Part shown: piece by piece, positions 38,401 through 55,300 of the stretch
Position numbering within the stretch: the first letter of the stretch is position 1
How the letters are laid out: each line of letters opens with the position of its first letter
From: Amoebophrya sp. A120
Lineage: Eukaryota; Protista; Dinoflagellata
Assembly: GCA_905178155.1 (NCBI GenBank)
Contig: CAJINV010000014.1
Location: 1,753,984-1,817,983 of the forward strand
Direction of reading: 5' to 3'
DNA: 64,000 nt
The notes under the pieces: generated by a model
The model's input: the letters and a program-made list of their open reading frames with translations, nothing else
What the model was told of the DNA's origin: nothing
Databases searched by the model: none
Position numbers and translations under genes: made by a program

Positions 38401-38537
38401 TTGTAGGAGTTGCATCTTCTCCCGCGGCAACGCAATTGCGATCCTTCACCCGGATTTTTACAGGAGCTGCAGCTTGGATACGGATATACCGACTTCCGCC
38501 GCCGCTTGCGGTTTTTGTTCCCTCGTCGTTTATTCAT
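26425..38537 (-). CDS. Secreted/membrane acidic EF-hand-like protein, paralog B; ~18 introns, mostly introners; one in-frame TAG
   Basis: Hydrophobic VLTAVLCLLALLLLVS near N-terminus, loops DLDHDGQISL and DKSDDSDISQEE, APAP repeats, C-terminal TM VVMLLGAFLLLILAAFLLA; colinear with paralog A. Confidence 0.72.
27920..28235. mobile_element. Introner family D (diverged), DR ggccg/gggcg
   Basis: tatgcattctaaaagcgtatgggcc...gacccagacacatttagagtcgata. Confidence 0.7.
28595..28862. mobile_element. Introner family D (diverged)
   Basis: gtctgggtctggaa...ttccagaccca; restores NAKD-VATT. Confidence 0.7.
28904..29176. mobile_element. Introner family D, DR cgttg
   Basis: TIR and exact DR; restores MDRN-DEHYDD. 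Confidence 0.85.
29246..29467. mobile_element. Introner family A (diverged)
   Basis: tatgcattgcaaaac...cttttgcacagg..ata. Confidence 0.6.
29571..29841. mobile_element. Introner family E (TATGG..CGTTACACTCTCAAC TIR)
   Basis: TIR seen; DR ttgct/ttgtc. Confidence 0.75.
29915..30102 (-). other. Canonical GT-AG intron (GTAAGG...CCGCAG)
   Basis: Consensus donor and acceptor between exons similar to paralog A. Confidence 0.7.
30219..30471. mobile_element. Introner family A, DR cgggt/cgggc
   Basis: Restores EPPP-DKGFDFW. Confidence 0.8.
30490..30795. mobile_element. Introner family B, DR cacga
   Basis: TIR and exact DR; leaves an 18-nt micro-exon 30472-30489. Confidence 0.92.
30841..31102. mobile_element. 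Introner family D, DR aagta
   Basis: Very similar to the copy at 58723-58983. Confidence 0.92.
32006..32177. mobile_element. Introner family A, DR tcggg
   Basis: (c)atcctgtgcaaatgtatcg...gatacttttgcaccgcata. Confidence 0.8.
32274..32374. mobile_element. Introner family G (101 bp, near-perfect ~30-bp TIR), DR gactt
   Basis: tatcctggaaaaaacacccatccccatcca...tggatggggatgggtgttttttcctggata. Confidence 0.92.
32494..32865. mobile_element. Diverged introner, DR cagca/caaaa
   Basis: Removal gives GDGVL-KRSQWKGS, matching paralog A GDGVLQKDEFKGS. Confidence 0.65.
32978..33328. mobile_element. Introner family D (diverged)
   Basis: tatgcattgcaaatg...catttgcaatgcata. Confidence 0.75.
33366..33760. 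mobile_element. Introner (E-like), DR tgcta/tgctt, containing nested family-G copy 33584-33692 (DR gatag)
   Basis: Restores MQKH-FNDDIAGDD; inner copy has its own exact DR. Confidence 0.8.
34570..34879. mobile_element. Introner family B, DR cttcc
   Basis: Nearly identical to 42868-43174 in a different gene. Confidence 0.93.
34936..35080. mobile_element. Introner family A, DR aggtg
   Basis: Nearly identical to 52607-52754 and 59122-59242. Confidence 0.93.
35810..36643. mobile_element. Triple-nested intron: family D introner containing family F introner (35909-36442, DR ctcca), which contains a MITE (36061-36300)
   Basis: Outer DR gatcg/aatcg restores EHLD-PASGS; middle element has ~40-bp near-perfect TIR; inner element has agctacggttgcttca/tgaagcagccgttagct ends and a central palindrome. 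Confidence 0.85.
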
Positions 38538-39527
38538 CTTCTTGATACTCGCGATTTAGATCTACTATAGCTTGTTGAGCGGTCGTGGTCAACTTGCTGC
38601 AAAAATGCAGCACAACTACAGCTTCTCTATTTTATTATTGTTGCGTCTGTTCGTTTATAATCAGGTAGACGTACTAGATGATCAAGCAAAAATCAATATG
38701 GCGCTGTCTTTTCGATTTTCCTTTTCTGCATGATTTTCACTATCTTCACGGGAGACGATTTCGACAACTGCACTCGACGAAGGAGAATGCCACCGAGAAA
38801 AGGTTATTTCGAATGGTACTGCAGCTAGAAGCTGAAGCACAGTCTCAATTATTATCCACTTGTACAAAGGAACGATTTCGATCCTACAAGTGCATAGCAA
38901 TAGTGCTGCAGCTCGTGTTTGTCATTGTCTCGAGAGGCCTACGAGAAGACATGTGAACCGCAATCGAGAGAGGAATTCGCTCTAGGAGCTGCGGGTGTGG
39001 GTCCAGTAGACCTCGATACGAAGTCTACTCATTAATTTTACCACGAGATGTGCGATGCACGACAACGAACGGAAATAGGCACGACTACTACACTCCTGCA
39101 GGCAGCTCTTTTCACCGCAGTTCTTTTTTTGAAATAAAGAACATTATCGCGTCGGATGCAGCCCATGTTCGCTTCCTTGAGGACGATGCCGTGGGAAGGC
39201 TCTCCTAAGAAGAGCCTTTGGACACGGAAGAATCTTCCGTGTCCATGATTTTCTACGGTTTTATATCGGTAGTTGCACTGCTGAGTATTGCTTCATATCG
39301 GTTACACTTCATGCACCAGGAGTAGTGCTGCATCTTCGTCGTGGTGCTGCTGAGTATTGCTCTCTGACGAGCGTGAAGTCATTTAACTCACGCACTAGAA
39401 TGCGCAGGCACCTCCAAAAAATAAAGTAACCACGATTTTAGAAGTGAAGAGCTGCACTACTACCTAGTACTAGCGTCTTTCGTGGTTAGTTTCATCGCCT
39501 TTTCAACAGACCATCCAACTTCTTGCC

Positions 39528-42500
39528 CTATTGCTGAGCAAGACCCCCTCCGCCGCCTCCTCCACCCTGGTTCATCATTGTCGCGCTTCCCCCGCCCGGC
39601 CCCGCTCGCAAGTTGTACGCAAAGCGGTTCGCCTGCAGGTCTTTCCGCATCCATTTTTGCAAGGGGTTCATCCAGGCGTGCTTTGTCCAACCTGGTTTCA
39701 GCTCCCCGGCGTGGGCAATGGTGTTCCCGCGGTGCTTGAAATGCAAGATCTGCTTCCGGACCAGCTTATGCGGGTGCAAAATTCGATACTTGTCTGTCTC
39801 CCGCAGCCGTACCAGACGCATCACAAATGGTTGCTTTGCCAACAGTCTAAGTGAAGAACTTCTGCATGGCACAAGTTGTGAAGTGGAGGATCTTTAACTT
39901 TATTCTTCTGATTCTGAAAAAGTTCCTCCTCCCAAATAAAAAAAATCATCGATGATTCATCAACATGCGACGTATTTCATCCTATTTGTGCGCGTAGTAA
40001 AAAGAAACACGGTGGAAGTATCAACCAGCTTTCCGTTTCTTACAGCTTCGCCGCCTTATATTTCGACAGGTAGGACTCCCGGATTTTGTCGAACCACCGG
40101 TCAGGCCAGTGCACCCAGTGGTCCCCCGGCGACGTGAGCAGCGCGTACCGCTGCCCCGTGGAGTTTGCCAGCGTCTTCCGGCTGTAGATCAGGGACACCG
40201 CCCGCTTGATCGCCTTCACCCGGGAGAACCACTGATTTCCCTTGAAGGTGACCTTTGCGTTGTCCAGCCCCAGAATGTAGAGCAGCGGGAGGAACCGCTT
40301 GTTGCACTGCAGGCCCCGACCGATGGCCCGGGGCGTGATCGTAACGGTCTGCCCAAACTCCTTGCCCCGCACCGGAGTCGGGAGCAGCCCGCTATTCTCG
40401 TCGTAGTCGATGAACTCCAGTTTGCAGAGCGCCTTCGTCGCCGCGTCCTTCCTTGCTTCCTGACTGGTGTTGCCGAAACCCACGCCGACGCCGAACGTTC
40501 CCCGGCCGTTTCCGACCAGCACAATGGCCCGGAAATAAAACAGCCGCCCCGCACGGCACATCGCTCCCATCCGCCGCAGTTCCACGCACACCTGGCGAAA
40601 GGAGTCCAGCTTCAGCAGGGGGTCCACGCCCTTCTGCTGCTTCACGTAGCACCGCTTCAACGGGTCAAAAATCACGTTTTCCGGGACCTTCCAGCGGAAG
40701 TTTTCTTCCTTAAAGTCGAACTGGAGCGGACCGGAGGTGAGCTTAGACAGGTTTTCTCTCTCGTGCGCGAAAAGCTGGTCCAGTGTCGCTGCGGGGGAAG
40801 AGGGGGAGGAGGAGGACGTTGTCGGCAGGAATTCGCCTCGTTCCACTGTTCCTTCGCGTTCGCGGCCATCTTTGACGTCCTGGTGATCCAATACTCTCTG
40901 CTTTATCAAATACTTCTGTAGACACAGCTCCAGATCTGCGTCCGCAAGGACCATTTCGTTGGGGTTCCCGTGCTTTTCTAGTTCCTCCTCCACGCTCATG
41001 CAGGGGATCGAGTGCAGCATCTTGTACGGGTCGCACGCCTCAAACTGCAGAAAATTGGTCTTGCCACGATTCACGCTCTTCAACATAAAATTGCTCGCGC
41101 GGAGCACCTTGGCTTGGTTCATCATTGCGGTAGAATTTGTTCCTGCTGCTGTCATTTGTGAGCTGCCGCTGCTGCTGGTGCTATCGTTACCGCCCTGTGG
41201 AAATTTCATCTCTAGCTCCTGCATCATGTCCGTGCTTTCCAACCTATGGGGGTGTCAGGATCGAAATCATCAACAAAATCGAAATAATTTGTGATGCATA
41301 AACTCGATACCAGTTGGAGCCGCAGTTTCCAAGTGGGGCATGACAAATTTCGGGAGCAACAGAATCCAGCCTGTCATGCTGTTTGGGCAAGGAAGACTGC
41401 TCCTGCCATGCTACTTTGGCAGCGCATCGCCTTCCCCTAAACAGGCTTGCACTCGGTCTCATTTGCCTGCTCCCCAACACAGGCCATGCGTGCCCTACAT
41501 TTTATGCATTACAAATTTTTCGATTTTGCGAATTTCGATTCTGACATTTCCATACAACCAACTTCGCAAGTATCCTGACGGAAACCACCATCTTCACGTC
41601 GACCACCGCAAACCTGTCTTGTACCATGCTATGCATAAATCGGATTCTGTTACTGTTACACGTACAACTCTTTGCTCAAAATCAAGTGTCAAAAATATTG
41701 CCTGAATCAATATGCAGGCTGGTTGGGTGAGTGATTTGATGGTGATTTGATCTTGGATCATAACAGTCCGATCTTTTCCAGGGCGAACAGAAAGTCCTGA
41801 AACTGGTTTCCAATAGCAGTCGATGTCGAAGTGGCTCCTGATGTTCCAACAACTTCATCTCCCAGGCCCGCAAATAACCTCAAGACTTCCGCTATGGCGT
41901 TCTCAAATGTTACATTCTCAACTGTTACATGATTTGTAATGCAAAAGCACAGCCAAAACCGACGCGATCAAGCTGCTTCGCATGACAAATTCTCGAAGAG
42001 TCAAACAGGCTCGGAATCTGTGCCAGATCTGTCATGCAAGACGCGCAAGGTCACCCCTTTCACTTTTGCCATTCTTGCGTCACAAATTCATGTAACAGTT
42101 GAGAATGTATCAGTTGAGAACGCCATATCCGCAAACCTTTCCCCCATTTCCTCCACGGGGAAGTCAGCCACAAGGTTCCGCTCGTCGACCAGCTTTGACG
42201 GCAAGGTATCCACAGAAAAATCGTCGTACACGTGCAACAAATGTCGTTTCTGCATGAAAAATCTATATTACATATGCATTTTGCAAGCCTGTTTAGCATG
42301 ATTGAACCAAAATGGCATAACCTCATTTGGTGGGAAAACCTGTGACGCTGCATGTTCCACGTGTAAACGGCTGCGGTAGCCGCGGGGGCGATTTTGTGTT
42401 GCATAAAGTGGGGAGTTATCGTACAGAAAATCCTCGGAGAAAGCGTAGAACGCATTTTCCAGCACGTTATTCTTTGCCTGAAACCGGAGACGGTCCCCAT

Positions 42501-45500
42501 TCAATCTCCGGTTCTGCAGGACCCGATCTAAGTGTCCTTCGAGAAATTTGGTGAAGTCTTTTTTCGAGAAATTCAACACCGTTTCCGGTCCCAGCAAGTG
42601 TGTGAAGCATCTATCCCAGTGCAATTCCACAAATTCCGCGACTTTTGTGGGGTCCTTGGGCAATTGGAAAAAGTTTGCCATGCGCTGCACCAATTTCTGA
42701 AGCCGGTCTCGCGGCGAGTGTTTCATCTCGTTTAGTTCCCGGAGCTCTTGCTTCCTGAAGCGGTTCAGCTGCTGCGCGGCGTGTCGCGAGGCCGTGGAAA
42801 GAAAGCCGGCAGCGTCTGTCTCACCCTCGACCTCCATTCCATCGAGGTGGTCGTAAGAGCCCTCGTCTATGGATGTGTCAGAGTTGAAATCGGCAAAGTT
42901 GAAATAATTTGTCATGCATGAAATGGATGCCGGTTGGAACCCAGTTTCCAAGTGGCGCATGACAAATCTTGGTGGCCCTTAAATCCAGTTTGTCATGCTG
43001 TTTAGGCAAAGAAGAGCGATTTTATCATGCTACTTTAGCAGCTCGAGCTGTAACCCCAAACAGGCTTACAATCGGCCTCACTTGCCTGCTCTGCAACGCC
43101 CGTACCTCGGGTCATGCATTTTATGCATTACAAATCGTTTCAACTTTGACGATTTCAAACCTGACGCTTCCATATCGTCGCTTTCTAAAGTTGTATCTGC
43201 GTCAGTGGTACTGGCGCCATTTTGATCTCCACTGCCGTCATCTCCACCTTTCTTTCCTTGCAAACTCTTCAACAGCGTATCACTTTCCTCCATGACATTT
43301 CGGAATTTTTCGTCAGTCTGTAGGGCGGAAGTCGCATTTATCTCGTCCGTTCCGCAATTCTCGTAGCGCTCCAGGTTCAGCTGCTCTTGCAGCAGGTGCA
43401 GGTTTTCATCATCTAAACCGAGGAAGATTTTGCAGTAGATCGTTTCCAAGTCATCCGCCAGATCGTCCATTAGCGCCTCTAGGGCGAACACTTGTATGAG
43501 AGTTCACAACTCGTGGTCCCCGGATGCCCTCATTTGCCATGTGCAAAATCCCAAATCCAATTGGTGCGCTTCCTTTATCTTGCACTGGTATTTGCATGAC
43601 AATTTCTGGAGATGGAATCCCGAACAGCAACTACGCAACAAGGCGCGTGAATTCATTGCCACACACAGGCTCCAGATGATGTTGATCTGGCATTTGTATA
43701 ATTGCGGTTTATTCGATATTACAAATCAGGGGGAGGGGGATGAGTTTTGCACTCTCATAACGTAGCTGTCAGCGTTAATAGTCGGGAGGTAGCCGGAAGA
43801 CGCGATTGGAAAGGTAGAACCGGACGAGGTCTGTGCTGTTGTCAGTGCACCAGTGGATGCCGTTGTAGTTGCCATTAACGACGTGTTCGTGTCACCACCT
43901 CCTGTAGTACTTGCGAGTGCGCCAGAGAGGAGGGGATTGTAGGGGAAGGTCGTGTGGCCACAGGTAGTTGTTGCAATAGAAGCGACACCTCCAGCTGGAG
44001 TGTCCGATGCTAGTCTACCCGTTTCTGTTACCGGAGCGGGTGTCTTCCCAAGGAAACAAGTAGATTCTTCGTGTAGTTGAGGACCTGGATGGTCTGCTAC
44101 TTTTCCGCATTTTTCGCTTTCCCCGTCCCCCTCTGCTGGAGCTAATTTCTGCAAGAGTTGCGATTCAGTAGCACCGGAAAATGTCGTCGGCACCGCATCT
44201 TCTTCTACGACGACCCCCACCTCTTTTACGTCAGCTGCAGTTGAGGAGGAGAACGGCGACACGGCAGAGCTTTGCTCAAGATCTTCCTTCGCAGCCTTGT
44301 TCATGGCGGCTTGCAAGCGATACATGGCGTCCTCTTCGTACAATATCCAAGAAAAAATGTGCGTACGTGTGAATTTCTTGGAGAAACCGAACAGATGCAT
44401 AGTATGCGAAAACATGCATGAATGGACACACCTACAATTTATTATTCCTGACCGCACCTTTATCTCGCGTGATGTTGCGTGCGCATCATGAAGGTACGCT
44501 AAACAGTCTTTTTTTCTGCATATAAAACGAAGGCGCGTCTGGTCGCAAGGCCCGGTATACCCGCAGCGCCTCGTTGACCTTCACATTTTTATTCGACCCT
44601 GAGGCTCCTGACAGTCCGCCAGCTTCGGTCTTGTTTTGGCCAACTACGGTCCCTCCTGGGTAGTTTTCTTGGAGTAAATCTTTTCTTTCCTCCGATGAAA
44701 ACAAGCCTCCAATGTCCGCCTGGGACTTTTTCAGGTAATTCGCGTATCGGTCTTTTTCGTACTTTACCGACACCCAGTGCACCGGCTTCTGCTCCACCTC
44801 TTTTAGGAGGAGTTTGTTGCCGAAGGGGGTGCAGTATGCATTGCAAAAGTATTGTAGGTCTCGTACTATGACTCAGAGTGAGAATTTCAGTTTGTATATG
44901 CAGTTTCATCAGCTTAGGGTTCGGAAGGAGCAGCTTTGTCTACTTCACGCAGATCTAGCTACAATTAGTCTTGGCACGAGTGCGATACTTTTGCAAAATG
45001 CATACGCGGTTGATTTTTTTCCCAGCTAAACCTTGATACAACTGCCGCCGCTGCTGGCGGTTGAACAAAATCGCTGGAGTGTGTGGCTGTGTGAAGGACG
45101 CTGGCCATCCCGTGCGAGCACTAGGAGCCGAGCATGTACTTTGTGAGCTGCTAAACGTCCGCGCAATTGTTCTCCTCTGTGCAGGACCACCTCCCCTGTT
45201 CGTGCATGGCCGCCCGGTGGCCGCTGCTCGCCCGACCATCAAATGCAAAGATGTCTGGGCCTGGAACAAATTTTAGTTATTTCTAATGCTGAACTATGGA
45301 TGATTGAGCCAACACTTCCAAGTGGAGGCGAGCATGGTGAACCTGTTTCATGCTCTGTCATTGTCCGAAGATACTTTGCACACCTTACAAACTGCGTTTC
45401 TGCAAACAACAGTGAAAAACTTCTATCCTGTTTTTGTAGTCATGCAATACATATTTTCGAGAAAAAGGGATGCAAGATGAGTATCGGAAGTTCATCCGCC

Positions 45501-45601
45501 TGAAGAACGCACCCAGATTACATCGATTTGCAAGGCATACCAACAGCTGAAGAGCAATGGTAGAAGCACGAAGAGGACGACGAAGTAGAATGAGGCTTCA
45601 T
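39528..45601 (-). CDS. Organellar (probably mitochondrial) ribosomal protein uS5 with very long N-terminal extension; ~10 introns
   Basis: S5 signature RRMGAMCRAGRLFYFRAIVLVGNGRGTFGVGVGFGN..EARKDAATKA and ITPRAIGRGL; Ser/Arg-rich N-terminus. Introners at 39767-40042, 41245-41554, 41893-42127, 42868-43174, 43495-43759, 44344-44522, 44835-45004, 45237-45539; some junctions unresolved. Confidence 0.78.
41245..41554. mobile_element. Introner family B, DR caacc
   Basis: TIR and exact DR. Confidence 0.9.
41893..42127. mobile_element. Introner family E, DR tccgc
   Basis: tatggcgttctcaa TIR; restores ERFA-EVLRLF. Confidence 0.92.
42868..43174. mobile_element. Introner family B, DR tcgtc
   Basis: TIR and exact DR. 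Confidence 0.93.
43495..43759. mobile_element. Introner family H (TATGAGAGT.CACAAC TIR)
   Basis: Shares ends with 59414-59663. Confidence 0.78.
44344..44522. mobile_element. Introner family F, DR tacaa/taaaa
   Basis: Restores APSF-YEEDAM. Confidence 0.7.
44835..45004. mobile_element. Introner family A
   Basis: tatgcattgcaaaagtatt...gatacttttgcaaaatgcata. Confidence 0.78.
45237..45539. mobile_element. Introner family D, DR ccgac/ccaac
   Basis: atcaaatgcaaagatgtctggg...cccaga..tttgcaaggcata. Confidence 0.7.
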
Positions 45602-46135
45602 GGTTCTTGTTTTGCTGGTCTTTAATTTAAGACGCACAAACTCGATGATTGATCGGGAAAGCAACGTTGGTCGTTATAGCTGCCACCGATAAAAGAAGAG
45701 GGAGTACGGCTGTTCTTGATAATACCGACACATGGTTCAGGGTTAACATTTGGCTACGGCTAGGTAGTACACGCACACCGCAAAGGGTCCTCGCACAGCA
45801 GGAGATGTCATCTCCACTTGCCAATCTGTTCATGAAACAACTTCGGTTGGTGGTACTGGTCCTCCGCACAGCTGGTGGCAGCAAGTAGAGCGATTCATTG
45901 ACGACCTTCAACCCTCTGTCGGGATTTTTTATGTGAAAAATTCGTCAGGTTTTTTAAAGAACTTCTTCCGAATTATATCCGGCTCTTCTTCATCAACATC
46001 AATCTGCGTTCGGTACAGGAGCTACGTGTGTGACCATACTTACTTTTTTTTCTTTGCAGCGCATCAGCAACTGTCCCTCTGAAGTAGGAACAAGTCCCGA
46101 AAAACTGGTAAAATTGGAAAATTTCATCTCTTTCT

Positions 46136-51032
<4,897 letters not shown>

Positions 51033-51679
51033 TTTTTGAAGTCGTGCCTCGAGGCAAAGTTCGTTTTAGATCGAGTTAAAACTACGTCGCGATGACAAAG
51101 TCCAACTCATATTAGGATTTTGGACTGAGAAAAAAAGTAGCAGGAAACGCATTTGTATAAAGCGCCTAAAGCTGATGTAGATTGATCATGTCAGGAGCGC
51201 GAAGGTCGCGTAAAACTATGCCACTGCCGTTAAAGAAAAAAATGGCGTTGCTTGAGAAAAGCAAAAAGTTTGGCCGTCGTGGCAGACTGGGTTTAGCTCG
51301 CTGCTCACAAAGAAATTGCTGATCTTCATTCTTCAAAAAGTGTTGACCTTGTTTTTCCAAGAAGAAAACGTCGGCTGTTCATGTTGAATCGTCAGCATCT
51401 ACATTTAGCAACATTGAAGAAAAACACTTCAACATCTTCAAGCAAGCTTGCTGGAAGTCCATTCGGGTTCTTCGTCCTCTCTTCTGGGAAAAGGTTTCTT
51501 TTACTTAGCACTGCAATTTCGAAACAAATTCGTTTTGAAACGAAACACCAGACGAAACATTTTCCACCAGCTCGACGAAAATTGCCCGCTTGGCTTCTTT
51601 CGGGCTCTTCGATGCCCTTCGTCAGCGGGGCCGCGCCCAGAACTACGACATTTTAACTCTAGTACTGAAAAAACGTCTT

Positions 51680-52247
51680 TCATCCCATCCACATCTGCTG
51701 CGCGCCACTCAGAATCTGTGCGGCTAGAACAAGCGCGATGGCCAAGAGGATGGGAGGAGTTGCAGTTCCCGTCCCACCAGCTCGTCGTCGCGCGGAGGCT
51801 TGCTCTCCTGGTGCAGCAGTAGCAGTACTAGTCTTGTTCCCCGCATCCTCCTTGCCCCCCATCTCCCCGGGCCCGCCCTCCACCGCAACCTCTGTGAGAC
51901 CGAGGGTGCGAAGTTTGCCCGTGTCGCTGTCCGCGATGCCGGGCAGCTCGATCGTCACAAACCGGCCCTGCTTGCCCTCGCAACTCACAGTAGTAGTTCC
52001 GAACACGTTGTTGCTAGGTTCGGCAACGAAGCGCTCCAGACACTTCGATGGATCATCGGCATCACACCGAATCGTCTCGCACACCTCATCTGGAGACGGA
52101 TCCGGGCAAGCGGAACCCTCCTTGGTGCCGATCCAAAATCCGCTCGCCTCGTCCAACGCCGAGGTCGCCGCTCGGTCCCGCTCCAAGTCCGTTACCAGCA
52201 CGCGCGCCCCGGCCTGCTCCGGTGTTCCACCCGCCATATCTGTTGCG
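51680..52247 (-). CDS. C-terminal part of a surface protein with F-type lectin/galactose-binding-like domain and hydrophobic (GPI-signal-like) tail; 5' end lost in gap
   Basis: CEGKQGRFVTIELPG...RTLGLTEVAV resembles the fucolectin/FTP C-terminus; tail ILLAIALVLAAQIL. Confidence 0.55.
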
Positions 52248-52347
52248 NNNNNNNNNNNNNNNNNNNNNNNNNNNNNNNNNNNNNNNNNNNNNNNNNNNNN
52301 NNNNNNNNNNNNNNNNNNNNNNNNNNNNNNNNNNNNNNNNNNNNNNN
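52248..52347. other. Assembly gap (100 N)
   Basis: N run. Confidence 1.
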
Positions 52348-55300
52348 ATCCTCGTCATGTAAATCCCTGCTCATCAGTTTCTTCGAAACCAGTGTCCTCC
52401 TCCACGCCGAAGTATTCATCGTAGAGTCTCTGCGCCACGTCGGAAAGCTTTTCGCACAACAGCCTCTCCCCCCACACCTCCAAAAACGCCTGCACAATCT
52501 GCAGAAACGGCTCCACGGTTACCACGGTACTAGAAGACGATTGTTTGTTGTTCACTGCGACAGCAGCTGTTGTGGTCATGGCAGAGAACAACGCGTCTGC
52601 GGTTGGTATGCATTGCAAAAGTATCGCACTCGTATATTATACGCATTACAAATTTCCCCAGCATGAGAAATGAAATTTGTAATGCGGATTTACCTTAACA
52701 AAAGGATTTGCAATGCATGACTGCAATACGAGTGCGATACTTTTGCACAGGATAGTTGGGGGCGGTCTGCTATTTCGCATTGCAGAAACCAGTAAACTGT
52801 CAGCGAAGGAGGGAGATGAAGTAGCACCAGCTGCACCACTTCTAGAAGAAAAAGCATGAGATGAAACATCAGAGCTTCTAGTACCGAAAGAAGTGAAGCA
52901 CGAAAAAGAGGCTTTGCTCACTCGCTTTTCCCTTTCCTTCTTACTCTCCTTCCCGATCTGCAGGTCCGGAGTCCAGTCGTTGTCGAAATCCTTCCGGCTG
53001 TTTGACAAAAGTTCCGTCGAGATTTTTTTCCAGATCTTTTTCGAAACTTGAAACTGCTCGTCCAGAGGCTTTTGGTTTTCGTTTCGCTGGAGGAAATCCT
53101 GAATCGTCAACTTCAGCGGGTCGTGGAGACCCGTAGACTTGTAGTTTTGCAGAAAATTTTCCACCATGCTGGAGCTGCTCTTCGTAAAATTGATGGCTGA
53201 TGTCGTTGCCCCGCTACCTCCCCCCGCGCCCGCAGCAGGACGGTCCCCTTGCTGCACTTTCCGAGAAGCCGCGCCGCGGTGCAAATCTCGCAAGATGCCG
53301 GAAGCGGAGGCACTGTTTCGGTTTGCATAATTTCCCCTCCGCGAAGATGAGGTGGAAGCCGAAGAGGTTCCAAAATTCGTGCTTTGAGAACGATTCCCAC
53401 GCAACACTCCTGACGTACTCGCACTTCCACTGCGAAATTGTAATCTCGCTGTTGTTGAGCTTGTTGCCTTCGAAGAAAAAATCGCTGTTGCCGCGCCTGC
53501 GCCCGCACTTTCTCTTCGTCCCAGCAAAAACTGTCTCCTTTCCCTTTCCGCGGAAAATTCCTGCTCCGAGGCTGCTGCGGCAATGCGGAACAGGCTTAGC
53601 GCCTCGATCAACACGCGGCCTTTCAACCCCGAGGGCTCGTGGTAGGCGACGTCATCATTTTGATTGCCGCTTTTCGTTTCGTTCCTTCCATGTGGTATCC
53701 CGAAACCCGAGCGGCCCGTTGGACCGCACCGTTGGGGCTGGGTAAAGCGTACTGGGCCTATCTAACAAAACCGAGGCCCAGCACGCCTCACCACCACCTT
53801 GCCAAAAGGGCAAGACCCCTCAGAACCCCACCGCAGGTGGTTGAATGAGGGGAGACCCAGCCCCGCCCCCATTGCCCTCGGCAAGGCACAACGCGGACGC
53901 GAAGAGAGAATCCCCGCAACGAGAGACGAGAAAGTACGGGACCGAACCAAAGAAAAAGTACCGGTGGGTAGTCGCGAACACGCCCCACTGAGTGGGATCC
54001 GAAAGCTGGCGTTGGCCAGAAAAGGAGCAAAGCAACCTTCCAAAGTTGGAGGAAATCCATGAAACAGAGTGGATATGCCATCGACAAGTACCTGCACACA
54101 AAATCCGCTCACATGTACAAAAACACTCCCAGGAAAGCCTGAAGTGCTCAAACTTGAGCAAGCAAATCCTCAGCCGGAATCGACTGGAGCAACTCGCAAG
54201 GGTCTTCCAGTGGTGTAGCCACTGTGGTCAGGAACCTCTGAATTTCGTCCGTCAAAGCTCCACAGGAGAGCAGCTGCACCCGGGCTACCCGACAAAACTG
54301 CGCCCACAAAGCGTCGCGGGTAGTTGCGTCCGCAACATTTTCCCCGGAGGGGAGCCACTCAAAGTACGGCACAATGGCAAAGCGGGCACACAAACTCCAA
54401 AATAACGCCGCGACCACCGACAGGTGGGCGCGCTGCAAATGTGGAACGACTTCACCCCGTTGTAGTCCAAAACAGCCCGCGCAAGACTTTCCGCAGGCAC
54501 ATCTACCGAGGACAGAGAATCAAGCGGGGAAGGCTCCCGCTGATGTGCTAATAATTCGGAGCGAGAGATCCCAAAGGCCTCGACGTCTCTGTCACTGAAA
54601 TCCTGCGCCACCTTTCTCTTCTTGACCGGCGGCGGACCCTTGCGGGCCGGGATCTCTTCTTCCCCTTCTTCCGCTAACAGGGCCGCACAAATTTCCTCTT
54701 CATCTACTTCCCGGGCCCCCAAGGCCGGAGCCTTCATCTTCGCGGCCGGTTTGGCTACGGCTTTCGCAGCTTTAGCCTTGTGGGGAGGCGCCTTCCCCTT
54801 AGGCTTGGCCGGGGCCTTAGCCTTAGCCGGGTGCTTCGCTTTCGCCTTCGCGGGCATGGTCTCTATCTCTAAGCAAGGTGCTAAGTGAGAAGCGTGTGAG
54901 TATACTGTGGAATTAGGCGGCAAGCTACACTTGCGCGCACCTAGAATGTCCCCTGTGAGAATGTCGAAGCAGATAAAAACAGGCAGCGTGTATGGTACCC
55001 GCGCCTAGTGGAAGGGGGGGAGGGGGATCTCATTTACCAGTAGCAAACTTTGCAGGGATTTCTAAACCGACCCCGATAGACCTAGAGCCCCAGCTCTCAT
55101 CATGTCATCTCGTGCCAGCCCCTAGCTGGGGATCCTCTAGATTTCTGACCCAGTACCACGCATTTTCGTGGTAATAATTTGGATTTTTTCAGATGGTAGA
55201 TTATTCCAACGCGAGTCTGAACATGATTTAGGTTGCAGTAGAATTGTCAAAGGTTCTGGCTGGGCCTCAACATATCGAGGAACTGAGGTAGGCGGGGGGC

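Noticed and set aside
41555-41760. In-frame TGA in the uS5 gene as evidence of recoding
   Set aside because: Intron boundaries here are unresolved; the codon probably lies in an intron
54285-54923. Histone H1/DVNP gene
   Set aside because: Only the low-complexity PAKAK start resembles it; it lies inside the DR-flanked insert and is fused to an RNase H-like remnant
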